Shown here: one piece after another, positions 8,927 to 18,601 of the stretch
Numbering within the stretch: position 1 is the stretch's first letter
How the letters are laid out: each line of letters opens with the position of its first letter
Assembly (NCBI GenBank): GCA_018696395.1
Contig: JABHQR010000011.1
Coordinates: forward strand, 56,482 to 120,481
DNA length: 64,000 bases
Source of the DNA: an archaeon
GTDB lineage: Archaea; Nanobdellota; Nanobdellia; Woesearchaeales; GW2011-AR9
Reading direction: 5' to 3'
The notes under the pieces: model-generated
Told to the model about the DNA's origin: nothing
Seen by the model: the letters and a program-made list of their open reading frames with translations, nothing else
Databases searched by the model: none
Made by a program: the position numbers and the translations under genes

Positions 8927-9730
8927 ATGATAAACAAAAAAGTTAGTTTAGCATTAATCTTAACAGTTGTGTTAAGTTTGACTTTACTGTTAGTTGCTTG
9001 TAATGATACAGAAAGTATTGAAATCCCAACTTTTGATTACAGTGATTGTTCAGTATTAGAAGGTTCTGTAAAGGATGATTGTTACTTGACAAAATTACAA
9101 TGTAGTGAAATCAATTCAAGTTCAATTAAAGATTCATGTATCATTGAATTAGCATTTGAAGCTAAAAATATAGAAGTTTGCGAATTGGTACAGAGTGATT
9201 CTTCTGTAGATTATTGTTATTATAAATTTGCAATTGAAGATAATAATGCAGAGTTATGTGGAAATATTGATAGTGAATATTGGTTAAATAATTGTTATAA
9301 CACTTATGCATTAAACAATTCTGATGCGGATTATTGTAGTCTAGTAGTAAGGGGCGATCAGCAAACTGACTGTTATTATGATGTTGCAACTGATTCAAAT
9401 GAGGTAGGAGTTTGTACTTATTTGACTAACACAACAGATTTAGACAGATGTTTAATGATCATTTCAAAAGAGATTGCAGAAACTGATGGTTGTTATATGA
9501 TGAACTCTGGGCTTAATAAAGATGTATGTTTACTAAAAGTTGCTAAATTGGCTGATGACCAAGAAATTTGTGATGATATCTATATTGATGTAATTGAAGA
9601 AGATTGTAACAATTATTTTGATAGTATGGGTCAAGAAGAAGTTGTGGACGAAACAGAAACTGTAGAAGATGCTACTGAAGAAACTGACAGTGAACAAGAA
9701 CCAGAATTAACAGTTGAAGAAGAATTATAA
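8927..9730 (+). CDS. Secreted/lipoprotein-like Cys-rich repeat protein
   Basis: ATG 8927 lies 23 nt after TTTATAAA (8896-8903). Signal peptide ends LLLVAC. About 7 repeats of ~26 aa (C..I......D.CY...A......C) and an acidic tail. Confidence 0.8.
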   Translation: MINKKVSLALILTVVLSLTLLLVACNDTESIEIPTFDYSDCSVLEGSVKDDCYLTKLQCSEINSSSIKDSCIIELAFEAKNIEVCELVQSDSSVDYCYYKFAIEDNNAELCGNIDSEYWLNNCYNTYALNNSDADYCSLVVRGDQQTDCYYDVATDSNEVGVCTYLTNTTDLDRCLMIISKEIAETDGCYMMNSGLNKDVCLLKVAKLADDQEICDDIYIDVIEEDCNNYFDSMGQEEVVDETETVEDATEETDSEQEPELTVEEEL

Positions 9731-9821
9731 TTGATTTATTCTTATTCATTTTTCATTTTATTTTTCTTATCTCTAATTTAATATTTTTTCACATAAACTT
9801 ATATATTCTAACCTTTGTTTT

Positions 9822-10976
9822 ATGATTATCATGAAAAATTTAATCAATTTAAAGGATAAGGATAATAAAGATTTTAACAAGTTAGGTTTGAAAAAAAATA
9901 TTCTTCAAGTTTTATCTAGATTGAATTATAAAAAACCCCTTGATGTGCAGGACATTATTGTACCATTAGCATTAAAAGGGAAGAATGTGGTATTTACTTC
10001 TAAAACTGGAAGTGGAAAAACTTTAGCGTATATGTTAGGTTATTTAGGAAAAATCAATAAGAAACAATCTCTTCAGATGATTGTTCTTGTACCAACAAGA
10101 GAACTTTGTGTTCAAGTAGGTAAGGAGGTTAAAACAGTTTGTGATCCTCTTGATATTAATGTTGGGATGCTTTATGGTGGAAGAAATGTTGCTGGTGATT
10201 ATCGAACATTAATGAAAAAGAATCAAATACTTGTTGGGACCCCTGGAAGACTTTTATTGCATGTAAATGAAAAGAAAATTCGGGTTGGTGAAGTAAAATA
10301 TTTAGTATATGATGAGTCTGACCAAATGTTTGATCATGGTTTTTATCGGTCCTGTGCTTACTTAAAACAAAGGGTGAGTAAAGATGCACAAATAATATTA
10401 TCTTCAGCTACAATAACTGAAAAAGTTAAAGATTTTATTAACCAGGAAATTGTTGATTATGAATTATTAGAAATTGGGTATTTAATTCCAAAAAATATTT
10501 TACAAGAAAAAATATATTGTGATAAATTAGAAAAAAATTCTATCTTGTTAAATCTATTTTCAAAAACTAAATTTAAACGTGCAATGATTTTTTGTAATAC
10601 TAAACTTAAATCGTACAATATTTCAGAATTTTTTCAAACTAACGGTTTTAATGCTAAATCTCTTAGTAGTGATCTTAACCAAGATGAAAGGTTGAAACAT
10701 TTAAATTTATTCAAAGAGGGTAAAATTAAACTTTTAGTTACAACTGATGTTGCAGCTCGTGGGATTCATATTGAAGATGTTGATCTTGTAATTAATTATG
10801 ATGTCCCTACTAAAAATGAGTTTTATATTCATCGTGTTGGGAGGACTGGTAGAGTTGATAAGAACGGTTATTCATTAACATTAATTTGTCCTGAAGATGT
10901 CAAAAGGTTCTATAGGATTGAATATTTGTATGATCTAGAAATTGTTGAAATTGATAAAGGTGATTTTGAAGATTAA
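9822..10976 (+). CDS. DEAD-box RNA helicase
   Basis: KTGSGKT, PTREL, TPGR, motif II DESD, SAT, ARGIHI, HRVGRTGR. The true start may be ATG 9831. Confidence 0.95.
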   Translation: MIIMKNLINLKDKDNKDFNKLGLKKNILQVLSRLNYKKPLDVQDIIVPLALKGKNVVFTSKTGSGKTLAYMLGYLGKINKKQSLQMIVLVPTRELCVQVGKEVKTVCDPLDINVGMLYGGRNVAGDYRTLMKKNQILVGTPGRLLLHVNEKKIRVGEVKYLVYDESDQMFDHGFYRSCAYLKQRVSKDAQIILSSATITEKVKDFINQEIVDYELLEIGYLIPKNILQEKIYCDKLEKNSILLNLFSKTKFKRAMIFCNTKLKSYNISEFFQTNGFNAKSLSSDLNQDERLKHLNLFKEGKIKLLVTTDVAARGIHIEDVDLVINYDVPTKNEFYIHRVGRTGRVDKNGYSLTLICPEDVKRFYRIEYLYDLEIVEIDKGDFED

Positions 10977-10986
10977 AAAATATTTT

Positions 10987-11955
10987 TTAATCTTTGAATC
11001 CATAAGGATAAAATTTCTTTACAAATTCATCTGAAAATGCTAATTCAGTTAATTCTTCCATCTTTTCATTTAATGGTAAAATATAATTTTCTCCTCTTAT
11101 AACTCCTTGATTTATTTTAATAAATCCTAATGTTCTTCTTGGATGTGATAGCTCTTTAATTAAATAATCTTTTTCATCTACAGGGAATTTTTGTTCTCTG
11201 AATCTTTTTACACCTTCATTGAAATAACCTATCTGTGAAGCAGTAATAGCATCCCAATAATCATTAATCTCTTTGTTAGCTTTTTTGATTAAATTCATAC
11301 ATGCAGTTAAGTTAACACCTCTAGTTGCGATATCTTTTCTTTTTTCCTCTCCATTTTGATTAATATCCTTTTCTGTAACTAAATAAAACGGTTGTCCATA
11401 AAAAGGGTTGAGGTTAAATTTAATGGCATCTCTAGAAAACATTAATGAAAAAAGTGCATCTGAATATTGTTCAATCAGTTGATCTCCAATGATTAATTTC
11501 TCTGTTCCAGCTTTGTGACTAGATTTCCAATTTTGGGGTGGGGCTGGTGAAAATGTACCTTCGTTATGTTGATCCCTAGTCCAAGAGTGAGGTATTTTTA
11601 ATTTATGTTGATCGAGGGATCCATGATTATGGCATTTTACTATTCTGTAATCTTCTTGATTGTTACTATTAATATTAATATTAATATTAATATAAATATG
11701 GTGTTTTTTACCTTTTTCTAAATTGAATACTCCTTGAGAAGATAAATGTCCACCTGAAAGAAACAAGATTTTTTTGGTTATTTTTCCAGGTATGCCTGAA
11801 CCCATACCACTCCAAGAAAAGTTTTGTAACAATACTGGTGTTCCTGGTTCAATGATGTTATCAATAGTTTGCATAACTTCAGAATAATTCTTTCCATTAA
11901 TATCTATTTTTTTATTTTGAAGTTCTAGTTCAATATTGTGTGGTATGATATCCAT
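10987..11955 (-). CDS. Hypothetical protein
   Basis: 322-aa ORF with GAGG upstream; no motif recognised. Confidence 0.7.
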   Translation of the reverse strand: MDIIPHNIELELQNKKIDINGKNYSEVMQTIDNIIEPGTPVLLQNFSWSGMGSGIPGKITKKILFLSGGHLSSQGVFNLEKGKKHHIYININININSNNQEDYRIVKCHNHGSLDQHKLKIPHSWTRDQHNEGTFSPAPPQNWKSSHKAGTEKLIIGDQLIEQYSDALFSLMFSRDAIKFNLNPFYGQPFYLVTEKDINQNGEEKRKDIATRGVNLTACMNLIKKANKEINDYWDAITASQIGYFNEGVKRFREQKFPVDEKDYLIKELSHPRRTLGFIKINQGVIRGENYILPLNEKMEELTELAFSDEFVKKFYPYGFKD

Positions 11956-11984
11956 ATTTTAACCTCTGATTTTATGTGTGTTAA

Positions 11985-12827
11985 TTATAAATCTAACGTG
12001 TACCTACTTAAATTTCTATATTTTGGTTTTTGATTTAAAATTGTAATTAACTTTAATTCTTCAGTTCTAAATTCTACAAACACTGGCCTATCACGAGATT
12101 TAGCAACTATTAATTCATTTTCATAACTACGTTCTTGATTTTTAAAATTATATTTATTTACAACTTCAAAAGTTTCATCAAAACCACTGTGATAAAATAC
12201 TGTTTGATCAAAAGGATCTAAATTATGCCATTTGGGTGTAAAAGCTGCCTTTTCACCACACCTTCTATCAATATCTTCATTGAATTTGATTAAACCTCTT
12301 TCAAGAGGGGAACAATCATTATACATTGAAATTACTTTATCTTCATTTGAAACTTTTACTAAATTTGTAACTCTTCTATTATCCATGTCATTGATTTTAT
12401 TAGTTCCTTGAACTCTGAATAAAATGTATGAACTAGGACCACTAGTTCCATATCTAGGTAAATATGATCCAATTGTTTCAAGTAATTTTTGATTGGTTGA
12501 ACTTTTAAATTTGAAAACAGTTCCAATCTCAGAAAATTCATTCCATTGATTTTCCCAAATCTGATCTTGTTTTTTGACTTGACTCATTACATAATCAGAA
12601 AGAGCTTTGTGTTCTGTAATTCTTGTTCTTTGTTTTAAAATTTCAGCAGCTTGATCTCTAGTGGAATATAATTGTGCTGTGGATTTTTTAACAACATCTT
12701 TAGGGATTCTTCCATGTGATGCATCATGTCCAATTCTCCACGCTAATCCTTCAGTTTCATAAATTAAATTAGCTAAATTCATATTGTTAAGTTCTTCTAA
12801 GTTAGTTTTATCGGTTATGCTTGTCAT
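11985..12827 (-). CDS. Hypothetical protein
   Basis: 280-aa ORF starting 5 nt after the radical SAM gene. Confidence 0.7.
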   Translation of the reverse strand: MTSITDKTNLEELNNMNLANLIYETEGLAWRIGHDASHGRIPKDVVKKSTAQLYSTRDQAAEILKQRTRITEHKALSDYVMSQVKKQDQIWENQWNEFSEIGTVFKFKSSTNQKLLETIGSYLPRYGTSGPSSYILFRVQGTNKINDMDNRRVTNLVKVSNEDKVISMYNDCSPLERGLIKFNEDIDRRCGEKAAFTPKWHNLDPFDQTVFYHSGFDETFEVVNKYNFKNQERSYENELIVAKSRDRPVFVEFRTEELKLITILNQKPKYRNLSRYTLDL

Positions 12828-12832
12828 TTTTT

Positions 12833-14026
12833 TTATTTCACCTTTAATTTAACATCTGATCTAGTTACTTCTTTGTAACTTACACCATACTTTTCCTTCA
12901 AATAATTGTTTATTATTTCACAACTTTGTATGTAATTAGAGTTCCATGAAATTTGACGGTCAACAATGAACTTTACTTCATCAACACCTTTTCTTTGGGC
13001 TTCAAAAGTTAATCTTTTTGAATTTGGACCATACAATTTTAAAGGACCTATATGAATTCTTAATGAAATATTATCAATTATGTTATCTACATTTTCTAGG
13101 TAGTTTCTTAATTTTTTTGGGTCAGGATTATACATCTGTGGGAATATATCAAATCCAGAGTTAACAAATCTTTTAAGGGAATACATCTGATCTTCAATAC
13201 TAGTTACTGATTGTACATTCTGTTGTAAATTACAATCATCAACTCCTTTTAAGGCGGTAAGAACTTTGATTGGATATTCTGCTAATTTTTCTAATGTGAA
13301 CTTTTCAAATATCCTTTCACTTTCAAAATAATCTACTAAAGTTGCGGTTGAAAGGTTACTATCTAATTGCCCTACAAAATCTAAATTTCTCTTTTTAATT
13401 TCTCGCCATAAATTTAAAATCCAGTCTAGGACAATTGTGGGTTCTCCACCAGAAGTTCTTAATACCTTTAAATTAGTATCATGACCTAATCTTTGGTATT
13501 GGCTAACTATCTTTTTTCTAGCACTTAGCATACTATCAATAGTTTCATTAATCCCTAAGTTAACTTTACCTTGTCCTGGTAATCCATTATTATTTTTGTC
13601 ATCAACAAAACAATACCAACATCCACCTGATGAATTTCCTGTATGAAAATTACATCCTGCTATCTGTAATGTGAAAGGTGCATTATAAAAATTAACTTTT
13701 TTCATATTAAACTGACGTTCATGTTTGTACCATAAAGGGAAATCAAATTCTTGTTTTCTTAAAAATTTTTCAATTTCATTTTCTGTTTTTTTTGTAATGT
13801 CAAAAAATGGTGTTTCATACTTTTCAGAAGCTAATGGGTCAATTTCTTTAACATTTACCTTTGTTCTAAAAGGATAGTCTGTAGTACCAACTATTGGCAT
13901 TAAATCAATTACCTTTGATGTGTCTTCACCTTGTAATGTTCCTCTAAAATCTGCAACAAGAATTTTATCATTTTGAATTAAACTTTCTCTTAACATTAAT
14001 GCTCTGTCAATAGGATCAGTTTTCAT
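12833..14026 (-). CDS. Radical SAM superfamily protein with atypical CX10CX2C motif
   Basis: LQIAGCNFHTGNSSGGCWYCF, LRTSGGEPT (GGE motif), LDSN and ALKG strands. Confidence 0.8.
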   Translation of the reverse strand: MKTDPIDRALMLRESLIQNDKILVADFRGTLQGEDTSKVIDLMPIVGTTDYPFRTKVNVKEIDPLASEKYETPFFDITKKTENEIEKFLRKQEFDFPLWYKHERQFNMKKVNFYNAPFTLQIAGCNFHTGNSSGGCWYCFVDDKNNNGLPGQGKVNLGINETIDSMLSARKKIVSQYQRLGHDTNLKVLRTSGGEPTIVLDWILNLWREIKKRNLDFVGQLDSNLSTATLVDYFESERIFEKFTLEKLAEYPIKVLTALKGVDDCNLQQNVQSVTSIEDQMYSLKRFVNSGFDIFPQMYNPDPKKLRNYLENVDNIIDNISLRIHIGPLKLYGPNSKRLTFEAQRKGVDEVKFIVDRQISWNSNYIQSCEIINNYLKEKYGVSYKEVTRSDVKLKVK

Positions 14027-14268
14027 TAATTAAAATTAGTGAGTGATTATTTAATAACATTTACCTATGACTATATGTGTTTCATAATAGTTATTAGGGA
14101 TCATATTAAGAAAAATATTTTTCACAAAAAAAAACAATGCGCTTTGAACAATTAAACATTATGTTCATGTATATTAAATATGATGGTCTCCAATCATCTT
14201 TCAGTTTTCTTAACCCTACTCATTAATTACAATAAGCTTAAATAGAATTCACTTTCCCTAATGAATTA

Positions 14269-14613
14269 ATGGTACCTAGTCCAAGTTGGAAATTAGAAGA
14301 TACTGGATACAGTTTAGGAAGAATTGGGTCAGTATTTAGGAGATCTCTTCAAAGTAATGGTTTATCTTTAAGTGAAGGGGAAGTAAGTTTAGAAAAACAA
14401 GATTTGATCGGTTGCATTAAATGTTGTTATCACTCTGTTGATGATCAAATCTATTTTGCTGCTACAATGGATTTATCTTCAAGGGAATGTTATGATCTTG
14501 TACAAGAAGGTTGTTGTGATAATACTTTGTTTAGATTAAATTATTCTTTAGAAAAAACATGTGACCAATTAGGTTTGAAGTATTCTACAGCTTACAAGAA
14601 AGTACCTAATTGA
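14269..14613 (+). CDS. Small hypothetical protein (Cys-containing)
   Basis: 114-aa ORF with a TATA-like CTTAAATA about 24 nt upstream. Confidence 0.6.
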   Translation: MVPSPSWKLEDTGYSLGRIGSVFRRSLQSNGLSLSEGEVSLEKQDLIGCIKCCYHSVDDQIYFAATMDLSSRECYDLVQEGCCDNTLFRLNYSLEKTCDQLGLKYSTAYKKVPN

Positions 14614-15745
14614 TTTTATTTCTTGTAACTTTTTTTGTTTTATGATAAGCACCAATTGCTTCACTTAAAGAATTGTAACCTTCTTTCTTAAGGAGTTTAA
14701 CTAACCCTCTGTTAATTTCCTCAATAACTCCTGGCCCTTCATAAATCATTCCTGTAATCAGTTGTACTAAACTAGCACCACTTTTGATCATTTCATAAGC
14801 ATCTTTAGCTGAGAAAATTCCTCCAACTCCCATGATTATATATCTTCCTTCAGTTTTGGTATAAACTTTGTTTATCATGTCAATTGATTTTCTTCTAACT
14901 AAATTTCCACTTAATCCACCTGGTCCAACTTTACTAAACTCTGCTTTAAATTCTTTTTCTGGTATGTTAAGGTCTTCTCTTTTTTTTGATAAATTAGATA
15001 TCACAAACCCATCTACACGATGACTGTCACATACTTTAATTATATCATTAAGTTCTTTATCTGTCAAGTCAGGTGACATCTTGATAAATATCGGTTTATC
15101 GGTATGGACAGTTTCTAATTTTGTTAATAGTTCATTGAAACTTTTTTTGTCAGTAAATGGAAGCCCACCGAATGCGTTTGGGCAACTGATATTTATTGTG
15201 AAATAATCTCCAAATGGTTCTAACAATCTAAAACTTTTATAATAATCTTCAATTCCAACATTTAAATCAGCAGTTTCTTTACAATTAGTTTTGGCAATAC
15301 TAATCCCTAAAGTTAATTTAAACTTTTTTCCATATAACTTTTTAGCGATAGCTTGACACCCCGGATTTTTTAAACCATAATAAACTACTATTGATTTATA
15401 TCTCGGTAAACGCCACATCCTCGGTTTTTTGTTTCCTTTACATGGTTTAGCTGTAACTGATCCAATTTCTTGATGACCAAATCCTACATGTGGTAAAATA
15501 TTCATTAACCTTGCATCTTTATCAAAACCAGCAGCTAATCCTACCGGATTATTGAATCGTATTCCTTTAATATCTTGAACTAACATTGGATGTTGATAAT
15601 TGAACCAAAAATCTAACATATCTTTCAATAAAGGGGTTTTACCTAATAAATCTCCAACTTCAGTAATCAAATCATGAACAAATTCAGGATCAAATTTGAA
15701 AAAAATTGGTCTTAAAATTTTTGTATAAATTTTTGTATGAACCAT
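14606..15745 (-). CDS. pyrD: Dihydroorotate dehydrogenase, class 2-type scaffold
   Basis: N-terminal LRPIFFKFDPEFVH helix, GLAAGFDK, GSVT, NISCPN, KMSPD, GGLSG, GVGGI, LVQLITGMIYEGP. Start moved to ATG 15745 to avoid overlap with nth. Confidence 0.93.
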   Translation of the reverse strand: MVHTKIYTKILRPIFFKFDPEFVHDLITEVGDLLGKTPLLKDMLDFWFNYQHPMLVQDIKGIRFNNPVGLAAGFDKDARLMNILPHVGFGHQEIGSVTAKPCKGNKKPRMWRLPRYKSIVVYYGLKNPGCQAIAKKLYGKKFKLTLGISIAKTNCKETADLNVGIEDYYKSFRLLEPFGDYFTINISCPNAFGGLPFTDKKSFNELLTKLETVHTDKPIFIKMSPDLTDKELNDIIKVCDSHRVDGFVISNLSKKREDLNIPEKEFKAEFSKVGPGGLSGNLVRRKSIDMINKVYTKTEGRYIIMGVGGIFSAKDAYEMIKSGASLVQLITGMIYEGPGVIEEINRGLVKLLKKEGYNSLSEAIGAYHKTKKVTRNKIN

Positions 15746-15785
15746 TATAAACATCTTTTTTAGGAATATATTTAAAAATATTTTG

Positions 15786-16460
15786 ATGTTAGAAGATGTA
15801 ATGGTGAAAAATAAGGTGAGTGCTGAAACTAGCAATAAAATTATTTTAGTGTTAAAAATTCTTGAAAAAACTCATCAACCAACTATGTTAGAACAGTTAA
15901 GTAATTATACCTCATTTCAATTATTAGTGGCAACTTTGTTGAGTGCAAGATCAAAAGATTCTACTGTGATTCCAATTGTGAGAAAATTGTTTAAAGAATA
16001 TCCGTCTCCAGAAGATTTTATTAATATTGATGTGACTTTTTTAGAAAAAAAGTTATATCAAATTGGTTTTTATCGGGTTAAAGCAAGAAATGTCATTGAG
16101 CTTAGTAAAATTCTTATCGAAAAATTTAATGGTCAAGTTCCAGACAATATTCATAATTTAATCTCTTTACCTGGGGTTGGAAGAAAAACTGCTAATTGTA
16201 TCCTTTGTTATGTTTTTAACAAACCAGCAATTGCAGTAGATATTCATGTACATAGAATAACAAATTCTGGTAGGTTAAATTGGGTAAATACAAAAATCCC
16301 TGAATCAACAGAACAAGAATTAATGAAAATTGTTCCAAAACAAAATTGGAATGATATCAATCGTTTAATTGTAGATCATGGTCAAAGAATATGCTCTCCT
16401 GTGAAACCAAAATGTGAAATGTGTACTATCAAAGAATTTTGTAAATTTAATAAGAATTAA
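15786..16460 (+). CDS. nth: Endonuclease III (HhH-GPD DNA glycosylase, 4Fe-4S)
   Basis: LLSARSKD, HhH LPGVGRKTA, VDIHVHR and C-x6-C-x2-C-x5-C. Exact start uncertain (15786 or 15801). Confidence 0.95.
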   Translation: MLEDVMVKNKVSAETSNKIILVLKILEKTHQPTMLEQLSNYTSFQLLVATLLSARSKDSTVIPIVRKLFKEYPSPEDFINIDVTFLEKKLYQIGFYRVKARNVIELSKILIEKFNGQVPDNIHNLISLPGVGRKTANCILCYVFNKPAIAVDIHVHRITNSGRLNWVNTKIPESTEQELMKIVPKQNWNDINRLIVDHGQRICSPVKPKCEMCTIKEFCKFNKN

Positions 16461-16600
16461 TCATTTAAAGGATTTCTGTTTTATTTTTTCAAATATAAAT
16501 TATTCATTTACCCCCTTTAATTGACTGTTCCAATATCTGTGTCAGATACGTAGTATGCCTTCTTTAATTATATGATGTATATGTTAACCACTTAAAAATT

Positions 16601-16617
16601 ACAAAAAACTTTATAAA
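16601..16617 (+). promoter_or_regulatory. Putative BRE/TATA promoter of the 16758-23414 operon
   Basis: ACAAAAAAC-TTTATAAA, purine-rich BRE-like element plus TATA box, about 140 nt upstream of ATG 16758, which has a GAGGA SD. Confidence 0.45.
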
Positions 16618-16757
16618 TGGAGCTTGTTATTAGGTATAGGTAGGTATTATTATACATATTAATGTTCGAGAATTGGTGTGATATAAGAGTTTTAGATGTT
16701 CTAAAGAGTGATAGGTAAATTATGTTAAAATTAATGTAAACATGTGAGGAAATTAAA

Positions 16758-17636
16758 ATGCAAAATTTAAAAGATTTTTTTGATGGGTTAAGCTATGAAG
16801 TGGCTAGATTGTCAATGGGTGATAGTTATGGTATACTTAATGGGGTAATTCAAGATACTGAAATACCTGAAAAATATTCAACTGTATTAGATTTAGCTAA
16901 GGGTTTAGTTGGTGCATTAGGTGGTGTTGGTGATGAAGATAGTAATGATCTTATGACTCAAATCCAAACTTATTGTACTGATAAAGAGGATGCATTAGGA
17001 AATAGAAGATCCATAAAAAATAGGGAAGTTAATATCATTATTAATCAGTATAATGGTACATTAGATGTGATAATGCCTGTTAAAGAAGATGATTTAGAAA
17101 GTAATGGTTTGCCAAATAAACTTTATGAGTCTGTTGAAAAAGTTTGTACAAAATTAGAAGCTGAATATCAATGTGTATGTGACCATAAAATTTGGGAGGG
17201 ATATGTTCTATTTTCAGTGCCAAATGTTGTTGATAGAAGTGATTTAGCTAAGAGAATTATGGATAATGCACCTAAACAATTAGGTGGAACAAATGGGGAC
17301 GGTCGAAGAATTGCTTATTTAAGAATTGCAGACAATTTTGCGTTTAAATATAAAGGAAATTCTGTAAATGAACTACAAGATTTAGGGTCAGTTGTTGAAA
17401 TAGAACCTGTTGGTAGGTCAAGGAATGATCTAAATGAGAAAAACATTAGTCAATCTTATAGTTCTTTGCCTAAAAAAGAAAAAATTAGGTTAAGAAAAGA
17501 GATTAAAGTTTTGTTTGAAAATGGTATTGACAAAAATGTTATCAGACAAACATATTCACAAGTTCCAATACAAGCAATTGCTGGTGTAGAAGCTGCAATG
17601 ACTCTCGCAAATAAGAAAAAAGATCAATCAAGTTAA
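16758..17636 (+). CDS. Hypothetical protein with shared operon domain and C-terminal HTH-like module
   Basis: LDVIMPVK..LPNKLY..EGYVLF..NAPKQL resembles segments in the next two ORFs. C-terminal LPKKEK..LFENG..IRQTY..QAIAG resembles the C-terminus of 21411..23414. Confidence 0.75.
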   Translation: MQNLKDFFDGLSYEVARLSMGDSYGILNGVIQDTEIPEKYSTVLDLAKGLVGALGGVGDEDSNDLMTQIQTYCTDKEDALGNRRSIKNREVNIIINQYNGTLDVIMPVKEDDLESNGLPNKLYESVEKVCTKLEAEYQCVCDHKIWEGYVLFSVPNVVDRSDLAKRIMDNAPKQLGGTNGDGRRIAYLRIADNFAFKYKGNSVNELQDLGSVVEIEPVGRSRNDLNEKNISQSYSSLPKKEKIRLRKEIKVLFENGIDKNVIRQTYSQVPIQAIAGVEAAMTLANKKKDQSS

Positions 17637-17708
17637 TATTTTTTATTTTTTATTATCTTAACTAATCTATTAAAAAAATTAATTATATGATTTTTCATGA
17701 GGATAAAA

Positions 17709-18575
17709 ATGTCCAGATTAGAACAACTATTAAGAAAAAATTTAGAAGCAAGAAGAGATTTGCAGTTAGATTTATCTCAAATGAATTCTCAATTAGAATC
17801 TAGTCAAGGTACATATTCTCAATTAATTGAAGAAAAAACAATATTGCAAAAGGATTCTGATCCTAAACCTTTGAAAGAAATTATGCTTGAAAATCTAGAA
17901 ATAATGACTTCAAAGTTTGAAGAAAGGGCAAGGATTAGTTATGAAATGACTCAGCAGGATAAAGGGATGGATCTATTTGGTTACCATATTATTCTTAACG
18001 ATTTGATGTTAGAAATAGCTGAGGAGAAATGTATTGAAAAAAATCAAGATATCCCCATCCCATTTCAAAAGATGATTGAATTATCTAAAGAAAGAAACAG
18101 AATCAGGAATGAATTATATGACAGTATGCTTGAAACTTTATATCTTGGTCCGATAATTTATCCTGTAAGTAGAACCGAAATTAATATCTATTTGCCAATT
18201 AAGTCAACAACCGACCCATTTAATTTTCCTTTATTGAATGTATTGATGGAAAGAGTTGGAAGAAAAGTTATTGATAATAATGGTAATTTGGATTATGATC
18301 ATTCCGATGGGTTTATTTCTTTAGTCTATATAGGTGGGAGAAATAAAATTAACAATATGGTGAATTCTCTTTACCCAAGTATTTCAAATCTCAACCCATC
18401 AGAATATTTTACATCTGCAAATGTAGTTTATTCAGTACTGGATTTAAGAAAAAATGTTCAAATTAAAACTGCTCAAGATTTTTTTGATAAAGTTGGTGGT
18501 TCAAGACATTTAAGAAGAATTAGTAGGACTTATGATCAAATTGAGCGTGCATTTAGTGATAGGAATAATAATTAA
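17709..18575 (+). CDS. Coiled-coil protein with shared operon domain
   Basis: GAGGA SD before ATG 17709. N-terminal heptads, then INIYLPIK..DGFISL..NPSEYFTSANVVYSVLDL. Confidence 0.75.
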   Translation: MSRLEQLLRKNLEARRDLQLDLSQMNSQLESSQGTYSQLIEEKTILQKDSDPKPLKEIMLENLEIMTSKFEERARISYEMTQQDKGMDLFGYHIILNDLMLEIAEEKCIEKNQDIPIPFQKMIELSKERNRIRNELYDSMLETLYLGPIIYPVSRTEINIYLPIKSTTDPFNFPLLNVLMERVGRKVIDNNGNLDYDHSDGFISLVYIGGRNKINNMVNSLYPSISNLNPSEYFTSANVVYSVLDLRKNVQIKTAQDFFDKVGGSRHLRRISRTYDQIERAFSDRNNN

Positions 18576-18601
18576 AATTAATACCAAGGAGAAAATTCAA
18601 A

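Noticed and set aside
9822-10976. DESD instead of DEAD in helicase motif II
   Set aside because: Within normal DExD variation; all other motifs are intact.
11667-11700. (AATATT)n microsatellite encoding INININ
   Set aside because: Short, in frame and expected in very AT-rich DNA; no evidence of phase variation.
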